A stretch of 64,000 nt of DNA. Source: an uncultured Candidatus Entotheonella sp. (lineage in GTDB: Bacteria > Tectomicrobia > Entotheonellia > Entotheonellales > Entotheonellaceae). How positions within the stretch are numbered: the first letter of the stretch is position 1; the number at the start of each line of letters is the position of its first letter. Positions 1 through 9,714 of this stretch are shown here, in pieces. The notes below the pieces were generated by a model. That model saw nothing but the letters and a program-made list of their open reading frames with translations, did no database searches and was not told the DNA's origin. A program made the translations under genes and the position numbers. The stretch is taken from positions 1,088,001 to 1,152,000 of the forward strand of contig CBDCDA010000002.1 in the NCBI GenBank assembly GCA_965215335.1, given 5' to 3'.

Positions 1-2
1 TG

Positions 3-554
3 GTGGTTACCGATCACGATTACATCTATAGCTGCGACGAACTGCAAGCCGTCTCGGACGACAGCGGCCTGACGCTGCTGTCCGCCGCCGAGGTCAGCAC
101 TACCCACGGCCACGTGCTGTATTACGGCTTCCAGGATGAGGTCGTTTCAGCTTACGACCTGCGGCAGCCGCAACTCACGGTGCAGCCCAATGGCCCGGAA
201 TTTCTTCGCCGAGTCGCCTCGCTCGAAGGCGGCGTGGCGGTCCCCGCGCATCCCTACCGCGAGACGAGCATTCTGCGAGAGCTTCCGGGCGATGAGGTGG
301 CGCCCTTGCTCGGAACGGTGGAGAGCCTGAACGGCAAGACCCCGGCGGACCAGAACCTCAGTGCCATCGAGTACGCCCGCAAGCACGGCCTGCGCGGCAT
401 CGGTGGCAGCGATGCGCATCAGATTTCTCGCCTGTATTCCTACCTGACCCTGTTCGACGGCCCGATTCGCACCCTGCACGATCTGGTTCTCGGCCTGCGA
501 CAAGGCGATTTTTTCCCCGTGCACGGCGAGCATCTGCGCTTCAAGGAAGCCTGA
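3..554 (+). CDS. PHP-domain (polymerase/histidinol phosphatase-like) metallophosphoesterase, 5'-truncated by window edge
   Basis: Motifs VTDHD, AEVST..GH, PAHPYR and GGSDAH are typical of the PHP family. Confidence 0.85.
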   Translation: MVTDHDYIYSCDELQAVSDDSGLTLLSAAEVSTTHGHVLYYGFQDEVVSAYDLRQPQLTVQPNGPEFLRRVASLEGGVAVPAHPYRETSILRELPGDEVAPLLGTVESLNGKTPADQNLSAIEYARKHGLRGIGGSDAHQISRLYSYLTLFDGPIRTLHDLVLGLRQGDFFPVHGEHLRFKEA

Positions 555-700
555 GCCTGTTCCATAAGTCCGGTTACTCTTTTTTTGCCGGCATCGGATA
601 AACATTCGCCCTTTCCAGGGCGCTTTTTTGCGTCAAACGCCCTGGAATCGGTGAGAATCCCGCCTACTTTTGGGATGTCGCCGACTTTAGGAACAGACTC
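553..700. mobile_element. MITE-like element with 18-bp terminal inverted repeats matching an IS5-family end
   Basis: GAGCCTGTTCCATAAGTC (553-570) vs reverse complement of 683-700, GAGTCTGTTCCTAAAGTC; same end sequence at 11370-11387; internal hairpin at ~613-648. Confidence 0.6.
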
Positions 701-728
701 CAAGGCGAGAAACTGGCAACGCGGCGGA

Positions 729-2447
729 TCAGTAGCTGCCGTAGACGCCGAGCGAGGAACGCAGGCGTTCCTGCATCGGCTCGGAAGGATCGATGGTGAC
801 GTCGACGACCGCCGGTTTCTGGCCGCTCAGGGCCTCGCGTACCGCGGGTTTGATGTCGTCCGGCTGTCCCACCTTGAGGCCCACGCAGCCGTAGCCCTGC
901 GCGACCGCCGCCCAGTCGGTACGCACGAACTCCGAGGCGACCGGCTGATCCCCCTGTCCCTGGCGCACCATGCCCAACTGGGCGTCGTTCATCACCACAT
1001 ACGTCACCGGCGCGTCGTATTGCAAGGCGGTGCTCAGCACGTGGTTCTGCATGGCGAAGCCGTCGCTGCATACCGACACGCATTGGCGGTCCGGATGGAG
1101 CAGCTTGGCCGTCAGTGCCGCCGGGAGCGACCAGCTCATGCCGGCGATGCCGTAGGTGCCGAAATAGTTGCCGGCTTGCCGGGTTTGAAAGTAGCGCAGC
1201 ATCCATACCCGGTTGTTACCGGCGTCGGCGCATACGATGGCGTCGGGGTCCAACGTTTCGGACAACGCTCTGGCCAGCCGCTGCGGGAGGACGGGCACGG
1301 CGCCCGAGGCGCTGTAGTCATCGTCGAAGTAGTCGAGGGCCTGTTTGTCGGCCTGCAGTTGGGCAAAACGCGGCAGGTCGGTATAGGCGGGGCGTTTGCC
1401 GACGCTGTCGGCCAGCGCCTCGTTGAGTTGGGTGAGGACGGCTTTGGCGTCGCCGATCAGGCCGAGGTCGATGGGGAAGACCCAGCCAGCATTGCGCGGC
1501 TCGACGTCGAGCTGGATCAGCGTCTGGCGGTGGGGATCGATCAGGTACGGGCTTTCCGTAATGGTATCCGGGCCTTTCAAGCGACAGCCGACGATGAGCA
1601 CGAGGTCGGCCTCGCTGACGACCTTGTTGGCCACCGGCGAGCCGAAAATGCCCATGCCGCCGAGCGCCAGCGGGTGGACTTCCGCGAACACCCCTTTGCC
1701 CAGCGTGCTGGTGGCTACGGGGATACCGAGGGCCTGGGCCAGGGTTTGCAACTCGGCGTATGCCTTGGCGGCGTGCACGCCATTGCCGGCCACGATCACG
1801 GGTCGTTGCGCGGCAAGCAGGCGCTCGACGGCGCGCTCGATGTCGCTGGGGTGCGGGACCGACGGGGCATTCTGCATGTAGCCCCGCGTATCGTAAATGC
1901 GCGGAAACGTGTCGTCCGTAATCTCGCCGCGCATCGATTCGATGGCCAGCACCGCGGCCGTCGGACCCGGGCGTCCGACGACCGCATGCTTGATAGCCCG
2001 CTGTACCGCCTGTATGCCTTCGCCGGGGCTGTGCGCCACCGCGGTGAACTTGCAGGTCGCCTTGAAAATCGCCGCGATGTCGAAGTTGCCGTATTCCCCG
2101 CCGCCGCATTGCAGGGAGCCGTGGCCGGGCGGCACGCCATAGGTGGTGATGTCGGTGATCACCAGCATTGGCGAGCTGCCGAGGCCCGCTTCAATAACGC
2201 CGAACAGCCCGGTGGACGCGGCGTAGCAGCCCTGCGCCATGAACACCCCCGGCTTGCCGGTCAGGCGACCATACATGTCGGCCATGCACGCCGCCGTCTG
2301 CTCGTCGCGTGCCAGCACGACCTTGATCTTGTCCTGCTTGCCGTACAGTGCCCTGAATATCTGACCGGTATCGCCGCCGGGAAGCCCGAAGACGTGATCG
2401 ATGCCCGCCTCTTCGAGAACTGCGACAATTTTATCAACGGTGCGCAT
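729..2447 (-). CDS. Thiamine pyrophosphate-binding protein (acetolactate synthase large subunit-like)
   Basis: N-terminal VFGLPGG, RDEQTAACMAD, GRPGP; C-terminal SDGFAM...VVMND TPP motif; start taken at MRTVDK. Confidence 0.9.
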   Translation of the reverse strand: MRTVDKIVAVLEEAGIDHVFGLPGGDTGQIFRALYGKQDKIKVVLARDEQTAACMADMYGRLTGKPGVFMAQGCYAASTGLFGVIEAGLGSSPMLVITDITTYGVPPGHGSLQCGGGEYGNFDIAAIFKATCKFTAVAHSPGEGIQAVQRAIKHAVVGRPGPTAAVLAIESMRGEITDDTFPRIYDTRGYMQNAPSVPHPSDIERAVERLLAAQRPVIVAGNGVHAAKAYAELQTLAQALGIPVATSTLGKGVFAEVHPLALGGMGIFGSPVANKVVSEADLVLIVGCRLKGPDTITESPYLIDPHRQTLIQLDVEPRNAGWVFPIDLGLIGDAKAVLTQLNEALADSVGKRPAYTDLPRFAQLQADKQALDYFDDDYSASGAVPVLPQRLARALSETLDPDAIVCADAGNNRVWMLRYFQTRQAGNYFGTYGIAGMSWSLPAALTAKLLHPDRQCVSVCSDGFAMQNHVLSTALQYDAPVTYVVMNDAQLGMVRQGQGDQPVASEFVRTDWAAVAQGYGCVGLKVGQPDDIKPAVREALSGQKPAVVDVTIDPSEPMQERLRSSLGVYGSY

Positions 2448-2770
2448 GACCGGGATTCCCTCATATGGGTTGGGGGTCGGATCTGTTTTTGCACAAAAAT
2501 CAGGGATTTCCAGGAGGGTTGACCGCCTTCCTGTGGATAAAGGAGGTAGGCGTTCGCTCGTTTTGCAACAGCTACCTGTCACAAATTTGTTCTCTTCTGC
2601 AAGTTTCAGTAAGTCAAATACTTATTGGAATTGACTGGGGATGGGCATCTTGCTCTGGAGTCGCAAGATAGCGTCATTTAGCCGCCCTCCGGGTTATTCT
2701 TTTCCCCATTTTCCCCACAAGACCTGTCAACAACTCCATAACTCATTCAATTGCCGAGTTTTGCCCCATT

Positions 2771-3913
2771 TCAGAGTGGCGCGGCGACCTCGTCGGGCAG
2801 ATTGATACCGTAGAGATGGAGAACGTTCCGGCTGGTCATTTTTTCCTTTTCATCCTCGGGGACGCCATCGAAAATGCGGTCCAGAACCGCCATGGAATGC
2901 GGCCAGATGGAGTCGTGGTGCGGATAGTCGTTGCCCCAGATGAGGTTGTCCACGCCAATCAGGTGGCGGGTCAGCACGCCGGCCACGTCATCTTCGAAAG
3001 TGGCGCAGAACTGGCGCCGGAAATAGTCGCTGGGCTCCATCGTGAGGTCGGGGGACGCTTCCGAGCGGGTGCGGTAGGTGGCGTGGTCGAGGCGCTGCAG
3101 AACGTGCGCCAGCCAGCCGGTTTCGAATTCGCAGCACACGAAGCGTAGCCTGGGATGGTGTTCGGCAACGCCGCCGCAAATCAGTTGCGCGATAGTGGCG
3201 ACCATGCCGCCGTGCGTCATGGTGTAACCAACGATGCTGCGTCCGGGGTTGCCCCAGTGCGCCGGCAGGCCCATATCGGGCGTGCTGCCACAGAAGATGT
3301 GCATGGAGATGGGCAGGTCGATTTCTTCGGCCGCCTCCCAGAAGGGCTCGAAATCCGGGTGGTCGTATGGCTTGTCGAGCGGCGCCGTGCAGGGGATGGC
3401 CACGCCGCGAATGCCCATCTTGGCGACGCGGTGCAATTCGGCGATTGCTTCCTCGACGTCAGGCAAGGGCAGGCAGGCGATGCCGACCAGGCGATTCGGG
3501 GCATGACTCCCGTACTCGTGAATCCAGTCGTTGTGCCGCCGGAACACCGCGTGCACCACGTCGCGCTCGGGGTAGGCGAACGCCGCCATGTTGACGCTGG
3601 GATACATGACCTCGCCGACGATGCCGTCCACCGCCTGTTCCTCAAGACGGGCCGACGGGTCGTGCACGCCCGGGTTCAGGCCGTCATAGCCGCGGGCCAT
3701 GAGTTCGTGCGTCTTGGGATTGTCGAGGCGATTGCCGGCGATGCCGAGCCGGCCGATGTTCATGAGCGTTTCGCCATAGGCCACGTAGGTGCCTTTGCGA
3801 CCGTCCGGGTCGTTCACGATGCGTGGCGCGCGGCTGCCGAAACGTTCTTCCAAGCCGGCAAACACCTCGGGCGGTTCAACGACGTGTGAGTCACATGAGT
3901 AGTACCTGCTCAC
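2771..3913 (-). CDS. Amidohydrolase family protein (Amidohydro_2)
   Basis: DSHVVEP, SMHI, CEFETGW and WGNDYPH motifs. Confidence 0.9.
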   Translation of the reverse strand: MSRYYSCDSHVVEPPEVFAGLEERFGSRAPRIVNDPDGRKGTYVAYGETLMNIGRLGIAGNRLDNPKTHELMARGYDGLNPGVHDPSARLEEQAVDGIVGEVMYPSVNMAAFAYPERDVVHAVFRRHNDWIHEYGSHAPNRLVGIACLPLPDVEEAIAELHRVAKMGIRGVAIPCTAPLDKPYDHPDFEPFWEAAEEIDLPISMHIFCGSTPDMGLPAHWGNPGRSIVGYTMTHGGMVATIAQLICGGVAEHHPRLRFVCCEFETGWLAHVLQRLDHATYRTRSEASPDLTMEPSDYFRRQFCATFEDDVAGVLTRHLIGVDNLIWGNDYPHHDSIWPHSMAVLDRIFDGVPEDEKEKMTSRNVLHLYGINLPDEVAAPL

Positions 3914-4256
3914 AATCAGATCTCCTTATCATGATCATGTCATCATGTCAGGCCAACGGAACCTCAAAGCGGGGCGCCCAGTCTGGTCTTTCCGACCCAA
4001 AAAATCAAGCAGCCGCCGGGCCGATTCGGGGTCGAGGCGGCGGCTGCCCTCCTTGCGCGCAACGGTCTGCAGCTGGTGCCAGTGGACTTGCAGAAAACAT
4101 GCCGCGCGCGGCCCGTCGTGCCTGCTCAGTTCCCGCAGCCACCAACCGGTGGCTTTCTGGATGAACCGCTCCGGAGCGGCGGCGTATCCGGCGGCTTGGA
4201 TCAGAACACGCTCGGGGTCGCGGCCGGGTTTCGCATACGGCAGGGTGGAGACCAGG

Positions 4257-4860
4257 TGTGAAGTCCCATGGATTGATGGTACCGCCCTTTCCGTGCAATC
4301 GAAGGAGGTACTATTGGGACAGGTACTTCACGGCAGCTGGCCACGACCACGCACGCCGTCAGAAAAGCCATACAGCGATCGAAAGCTGCGCTCAAGAAAC
4401 TGAGCCAAACCTGTGGCATCAACCCCAAGACCGTCCGAAAATGGCGAAAGCGAAACACCGTCGGAGACCACTGGACAGGACCCGGACAACCGCGCTCGAC
4501 ACTTCTCGGCGAGGCTGAGGAAGCCCTCATCGTGGCCTTCCGACGCCACACCCTGCTGCCACTCGACGACTGTCCCCATGCCTTCAAGCCGACCCTCCCG
4601 CATCTCACCCGTTCGTCACTCCATCGCCGTCTGAGGCGTCATGGTATCTAGCCGCCTGCCGCAAGAGGAGGGCGACAAACCCGAAAAGAAGCGCTTCAAG
4701 CGCTACCCGATCGGCTATTTCCATGTCGGCATCGCCGAACTGCGAACCGCCGAGGGCAAACTCCATCGGCTCATCGCCATCGACCGGGCCTCGAAGTTCG
4801 CCTTCGCCAGGCTGGTGGAACGCGCCAACACGAGGGGATTCGATGGCGGTATTGGCGATG
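4257..4860 (+). pseudogene. IS481-family transposase remnant (frameshifted, truncated)
   Basis: Fragments GQVLHGS..TTTHAVRKAIQRS, GINPKTVRKWRKR and FKRYPIGYFHVGIAELRTAEGKL..AIDRASKFAF lie in different frames. Confidence 0.8.
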
Positions 4861-4948
4861 GTACGGTACCGGGTTATCGTGTATCATTCCCCGCCGAACC
4901 GACAGCGTGTCAAGGTCATACTTCCCTACCACACGGAGAGCAAACGCC

Positions 4949-7300
4949 ATGCCGAAAACCGGTGCCTTCGACAGGGCGGTACAAACTTATGGCTGGGGGG
5001 TGATCCATTGGCGCTGGCCCATCTTGCTGGTCGTTGCGCTGCTGGTGGCCGCCGCTGCCAGCGGCGGCCGCTTCCTGTGGTTCGACACCGATTATCGCGT
5101 TTTCTTCAGCGAGGACAACCCGCAGCTCAAATCCTTCGACGAACTGCAAAACGTCTATGGCAAAAACGACAACGTCCTGTTCGTCCTGGCGCCCGCCGGT
5201 GGCGAGGTTTTCACCGCCCCGGTGCTCACGGCCGTGGAACACCTGACGGAGAAGGCGTGGCAAATCCCCTTTGCCATCCGTGTCGATTCGGTCACCAACT
5301 TCCAGCACACCCGCGCCGAGGGCGATGACCTGTTCGTGGCCAACCTGGTGTCCAACGCCGCGACGCAGCCGCCCGAGGTGTTGCAGGCGGCCAGGAAGGT
5401 CGCCCTGAACGAGCCCCTGCTGGTCAATCGCCTCATTTCGCCGTCCGCACACGTGACCGGCGTCAACGTCACGCTGCACTTTGCCGAAAAAAGTATCACC
5501 GAGGTGCCGGAGGTGAGCGCCCACGCCCGGCGGCTGGCCGATGAAATCCGCGCCGCGTATCCCGACATCGACGTCTACCTCACCGGCCTCTCCATGCTCA
5601 ACAACGCCTTCTCCGAAGCGGGCCTCAAGGACATGCAGACGCTGGTGCCGCTCATGTACCTGGCCATGTTCGTGATCATGTTCGGGTTGCTGCGCTCGCT
5701 GAGCAGCACCTTTGGCACCCTGCTCATCGTTGGGTTTTCGGCCGCCTCGGCGATGGGCCTGGCGGGCTGGATGGGCACGGGCCTGACACCCCCTTCGGCG
5801 CAGGCCGCCACCATGATCATGACACTGGCGGTGGCCGACAGCATTCACTTGCTGGTCACCCTGCTACAAGAAATGCGTCAGGGCCGGAGCAAGCGCGAGG
5901 CCATTGTCGAGAGCTTGCGGGTCAACATGCAGCCGGTTTTTCTGACCAGCCTGACCACCGCCATCGGCTTTCTCAGCATGAACTTCAGCGACGCGCCACC
6001 GTTTCGCCATCTGGGCAACATCACGGCCGTCGGCGTGGGCATCGCCTTCGTCCTGTCGGTGCTGTTCCTGCCCGCGGTGATGAGCGTGCTGCCGGTGCGC
6101 GTCAAGCAGCGCGCCAGCAGCGGCGGAAGGCTCAGCGTCGAATGGCTTGCCGAAGCCGTCGTCAGTCGCCGTCGGCTGCTGTTGTACGGCTCCATACCCG
6201 TATTGCTGGGGCTGGCCCTGTGCATCCCCCTCAACGATCTCAACGACCGCTTCGTCAACTACTTCGACGAGCGCGTTCCCTTCCGCACGCACACCGATTT
6301 CGCCATGCAGAACCTCGGCGGCATGTACCAGAGCGAGCATTCCGTCGGCAGCGACTCGGCCAACGGCATCAGCGATCCGGCCTACATGGTCGAACTTGAA
6401 GCGTTCGCCAACTGGTACCGCACGCAGCCCGAGGTGACGCACGTCAGTGTCATCAGCGACACGATGAAGCGCCTCAACAAGAGCATGCACGGCGACGACC
6501 AGGAATGGTATCGCCTGCCCGACAACCGCCAGCTCGCCGCCCAATACCTTCTGCTGTACGAGTTGTCCCTGCCCTACGGGCTGGATCTGAACAACCAGAT
6601 CAACCTCGACAAATCGGCGACGCGCCTGACCGCCACGCTTGCCGACGTCTCGTCGCGGGAAATCCGCGACCTGGCAGTGCGGGCCGAGGACTGGCTGCGC
6701 GCCAACGCCCCGCAAGCGATGTTCGGGCACGCGGCGAGCGGCGCCATCATGTTTTCGCACATTTCCAAGCGCAACATCGACAGCATGCTGGGCGGTACGA
6801 CGTTGGCTCTGGTGCTGATCTCCGGGGTGCTCATCGTGGCGTTGCGCAGCCTCAAGATCGGCGTCATCAGCCTGCTCCCCAACCTTGCGCCGGCGGTGCT
6901 GGCGTTCGGCGTCTGGGGCATCTTCGTGGGGCAGGTGAATCTGGGCCTGTCGATCGTCGTCACCATGACCCTGGGCATCGTGGTGGACGACACCGTGCAC
7001 TTCCTGAGCAAATACCTGCGCGCCCGCCGCGAACAGGGCCTGAACGCCGAGGACGCCGTGCGCTACGCCTTCTCTTCGGTAGGCCGGGCGCTGATCGTCA
7101 CTTCGATCATCCTGGTGGTCGGATTTTCGATTCTGTCGCTGTCGTCATTCGACATGAACGGCAGCATGGGCAGAATGACGGCCATGACCATCGCCTTTGC
7201 CCTGATCGCCGATCTGACGGCCCTGCCGGCCCTGCTCATGACCGTCGATACCAAAAGCCGCTCGCAATTGGCTACCGTGGAGGAGACGTCCAATGTCTGA
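4949..7300 (+). CDS. MMPL/RND-family efflux transporter permease
   Basis: Two repeats of a periplasmic domain plus 5-6 TMs; LAVADSIH and GIVVDDTVHF motifs; GGAGAG RBS. Confidence 0.9.
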   Translation: MPKTGAFDRAVQTYGWGVIHWRWPILLVVALLVAAAASGGRFLWFDTDYRVFFSEDNPQLKSFDELQNVYGKNDNVLFVLAPAGGEVFTAPVLTAVEHLTEKAWQIPFAIRVDSVTNFQHTRAEGDDLFVANLVSNAATQPPEVLQAARKVALNEPLLVNRLISPSAHVTGVNVTLHFAEKSITEVPEVSAHARRLADEIRAAYPDIDVYLTGLSMLNNAFSEAGLKDMQTLVPLMYLAMFVIMFGLLRSLSSTFGTLLIVGFSAASAMGLAGWMGTGLTPPSAQAATMIMTLAVADSIHLLVTLLQEMRQGRSKREAIVESLRVNMQPVFLTSLTTAIGFLSMNFSDAPPFRHLGNITAVGVGIAFVLSVLFLPAVMSVLPVRVKQRASSGGRLSVEWLAEAVVSRRRLLLYGSIPVLLGLALCIPLNDLNDRFVNYFDERVPFRTHTDFAMQNLGGMYQSEHSVGSDSANGISDPAYMVELEAFANWYRTQPEVTHVSVISDTMKRLNKSMHGDDQEWYRLPDNRQLAAQYLLLYELSLPYGLDLNNQINLDKSATRLTATLADVSSREIRDLAVRAEDWLRANAPQAMFGHAASGAIMFSHISKRNIDSMLGGTTLALVLISGVLIVALRSLKIGVISLLPNLAPAVLAFGVWGIFVGQVNLGLSIVVTMTLGIVVDDTVHFLSKYLRARREQGLNAEDAVRYAFSSVGRALIVTSIILVVGFSILSLSSFDMNGSMGRMTAMTIAFALIADLTALPALLMTVDTKSRSQLATVEETSNV

Positions 7301-8138
7301 ACACAGCGCCAACCCAACGCAACCCACCAACCGGCGCCGGGAGGGGCGCCTGCTGCCCTGGGCGTGCCTGCTGCTCATCGCCCTCCTGCCGCTGACCGCC
7401 GCACCACAGAGCCCGGCGGAGCAAAAGGGCCTGGCAATCGCCCAGGAGGCTGACCGGCGAGACCTCGGTTTCGGCGATTCAGCGGCCGTGTTGCAGATGG
7501 TCCTGAAAAACGCTCACGGGCAAACAAGCACCCGCAAGTTGCGCATGAACACCCTGGAGGTGCCTGACGAAGGCGACGGTGACAAGATCCTGAGCGTCAT
7601 CGAGAGTCCGCCCGACGTGCACGGCACGGCCCTGCTCACCTACACCCACGTCAACGAACAGGATGACCAGTGGCTGTACCTGCCGGCGCTCAAGCGCGTC
7701 AAGCGCATCTCCTCGGCCAACAAGTCCGGGCCGTTCCTCGGCAGCGAATTCGCCTACGAAGACCTGGCGTCGCAGGAGGTGGCCAAATACACGCATCGTT
7801 ATCTGCGCGATGAGCCCTGCGGCGAACTGCAGTGCTTCGTGGTGGAACGGGTGCCGGTGTACAGGCATTCCGGCTACACCCGGCAGCTCACCTGGATCGA
7901 CCACGCCGAGTACCGCTTCTGGAAGGTTGATTTCTACGACCGCAAGAATGACCTTCTGAAGACCCTGACGTTTTCCGACTACCGACAATACCTCGACCAG
8001 TATTGGCGCGCCCTGATTCTGGACATGCACAACCACCAGACCGGCAAGAGCACCCGGCTCAGCTACACCGACCTGCGTTTCCGCGTCGGGCTGACCGAGA
8101 CGGACTTCACGCGCAATGCCCTGAGACGAGCACGATGA
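7293..8138 (+). CDS. Outer-membrane lipoprotein-sorting (LolA-like) periplasmic protein
   Basis: Signal peptide; DDQWLYLPALKRVKRI...FLGSEFAYEDL signature; overlaps the MMPL stop. Confidence 0.85.
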   Translation: MSEHSANPTQPTNRRREGRLLPWACLLLIALLPLTAAPQSPAEQKGLAIAQEADRRDLGFGDSAAVLQMVLKNAHGQTSTRKLRMNTLEVPDEGDGDKILSVIESPPDVHGTALLTYTHVNEQDDQWLYLPALKRVKRISSANKSGPFLGSEFAYEDLASQEVAKYTHRYLRDEPCGELQCFVVERVPVYRHSGYTRQLTWIDHAEYRFWKVDFYDRKNDLLKTLTFSDYRQYLDQYWRALILDMHNHQTGKSTRLSYTDLRFRVGLTETDFTRNALRRAR

Positions 8139-9346
8139 CCCCCGTGCGTCGACGGTGGCTTGCCGCCGCCTGGCTGGTTCTGGTCATGACCGCGGTGGTA
8201 GCGGCGCAGCCGTCCTTGTCGGGTTTCGTGGCGCTGGATGTCCAGGGCTTTTCAGATCCGCCGACCTTTCCGCAACAAGAATCGCGTCAGGTGCTGCCTT
8301 CCCTCCTGCTCCAACCCGAGTTTCACTACGACTGGCCGAACGGCAACGGCCGTCTGACCGTGGTGCCAATGGCGCGCCTGGACTTCAGCGACGACCGGCG
8401 GCGGCACGTCGACCTGCGCGAATTCAACTGGCTGCACGCCGCCCCGACCTGGGACGTGCTGGTTGGCGTCGGCAAGGTGTTCTGGGGCGTGACCGAATCG
8501 CGGCATCTGGTGGACGTGATCAATCAGACAGACCTCGTGGAGAACCTGGACGGCGAGGACAAGCTGGGGCAACCCATGCTGCGGCTGGCTCTGGCGCGGG
8601 ACTGGGGCACGCTGACGTTCCTTGCCTTGCCCTATTTCCGAGAGCGTACCTTCCCCGGTGAAAAAGGACGGCTGCGCGCGGGTCTGGTGGTGGATACGGA
8701 CACCGCGCAGTTCGAGTCTTCACTGAAGGAATGGCATCCCGATGTCGCGGCGCGCTGGACCCACACGCTGGGCGACTGGGACGTCGCCGTCGGGTATTTC
8801 AGAGGCACCAGCCGGGAGCCCCGTCTGACCTTGGACATCGGCGACGCCGGCCAACCCCGCATGATTCCCGTCTATGACCAGATTGACCAGGCCGGCCTCG
8901 AGCTGCAATGGACGGTCGAAGCATGGCTCTGGAAGCTCGAAGCCATCACCCGCTGGGGCCACGGCGAACGCTTCGGCGCCGTCGTCGCCGGCTTCGAGTA
9001 CACCTTCTTCAGCCTGCTCGGTACGGCACTCGATCTCGGCTTGGTAGGCGAATACCTCTACGACGGCCGCAGCGCCGCAGCCCCCGGCACGCCGTTCGAG
9101 AACGACGTGTTTGGCGGCGCCCGCCTGGCCTTCAACGACGTCGGGAGTACCAGCATTCTCGCCGGCGCCATCATCGACGACCAAAGCAGCGCGACGCTCG
9201 TCACCATCGAGGCCAGCCACCGCCTCGTAGATCGCTGGACCATCGAGCTGGAAGCCGTGGCCTTCCTCAATGTCCCGCCAACGGACCTGCTGCACAGCGT
9301 GCGTAAGGACGACTACGTGCAGCTTCGGCTGTCGCGGTTCTTTTAG
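8135..9346 (+). CDS. Putative outer-membrane beta-barrel protein
   Basis: Signal peptide, amphipathic beta strands, C-terminal Phe, GVGKVFWGVTES motif; ATGA overlap with the upstream gene. Confidence 0.7.
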   Translation: MTPVRRRWLAAAWLVLVMTAVVAAQPSLSGFVALDVQGFSDPPTFPQQESRQVLPSLLLQPEFHYDWPNGNGRLTVVPMARLDFSDDRRRHVDLREFNWLHAAPTWDVLVGVGKVFWGVTESRHLVDVINQTDLVENLDGEDKLGQPMLRLALARDWGTLTFLALPYFRERTFPGEKGRLRAGLVVDTDTAQFESSLKEWHPDVAARWTHTLGDWDVAVGYFRGTSREPRLTLDIGDAGQPRMIPVYDQIDQAGLELQWTVEAWLWKLEAITRWGHGERFGAVVAGFEYTFFSLLGTALDLGLVGEYLYDGRSAAAPGTPFENDVFGGARLAFNDVGSTSILAGAIIDDQSSATLVTIEASHRLVDRWTIELEAVAFLNVPPTDLLHSVRKDDYVQLRLSRFF

Positions 9347-9399
9347 GGCAATTTGGGCATCCCACGACAACTCCCATTGTTCTGACCTCCCAGGAGCTT

Positions 9400-9684
9400 A
9401 CGATGCCCCTGTCGTCCTGACTTGCCGGTCAATATGCTGCACGAATCGTCTCTTCGAGCCTGTTGGACTTCACTTCGGAGATTGTAAGATCCCGGATGTC
9501 GTGGTGCCTCACGTGAAGTTGTCCTTCGCCCACATTGCCACGATGCCGGCCTCTGGAAATAGTGAGGGTTCGTTTCAACTTGGTGCGCAGACAGAACCCA
9601 GTACCGGATCACGTCACGCCACACTGCAACCCACACAAACACGTCGCAGCAACTGGTGGGCTTCACTTGCTGAAAATTCATCAC
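9400..9684 (-). pseudogene. Possible fragment of a type II restriction endonuclease-like gene (frameshifted)
   Basis: Lower GC; NFQQVKP..CDVFVWVAVWRDVIRYWVL continues in another frame as HRGNVGEGQLH; recognition from memory only. Confidence 0.4.
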
Positions 9685-9714
9685 ACGGAACCACGGGGCT
9701 AAACCGGACCTCCG

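Noticed and set aside
585..2522. 645-aa plus-strand ORF, and similar long antisense ORFs (9799-11619, 13357-15018, 49315-51027, 53020-54810)
   Set aside because: Antisense shadows of well-supported genes, expected in high-GC DNA
3945..4255. Possible structured ncRNA or riboswitch upstream of the amidohydrolase
   Set aside because: A GC-rich hairpin exists (~4008-4047) but there is no recognisable family motif; an Rfam search would be needed
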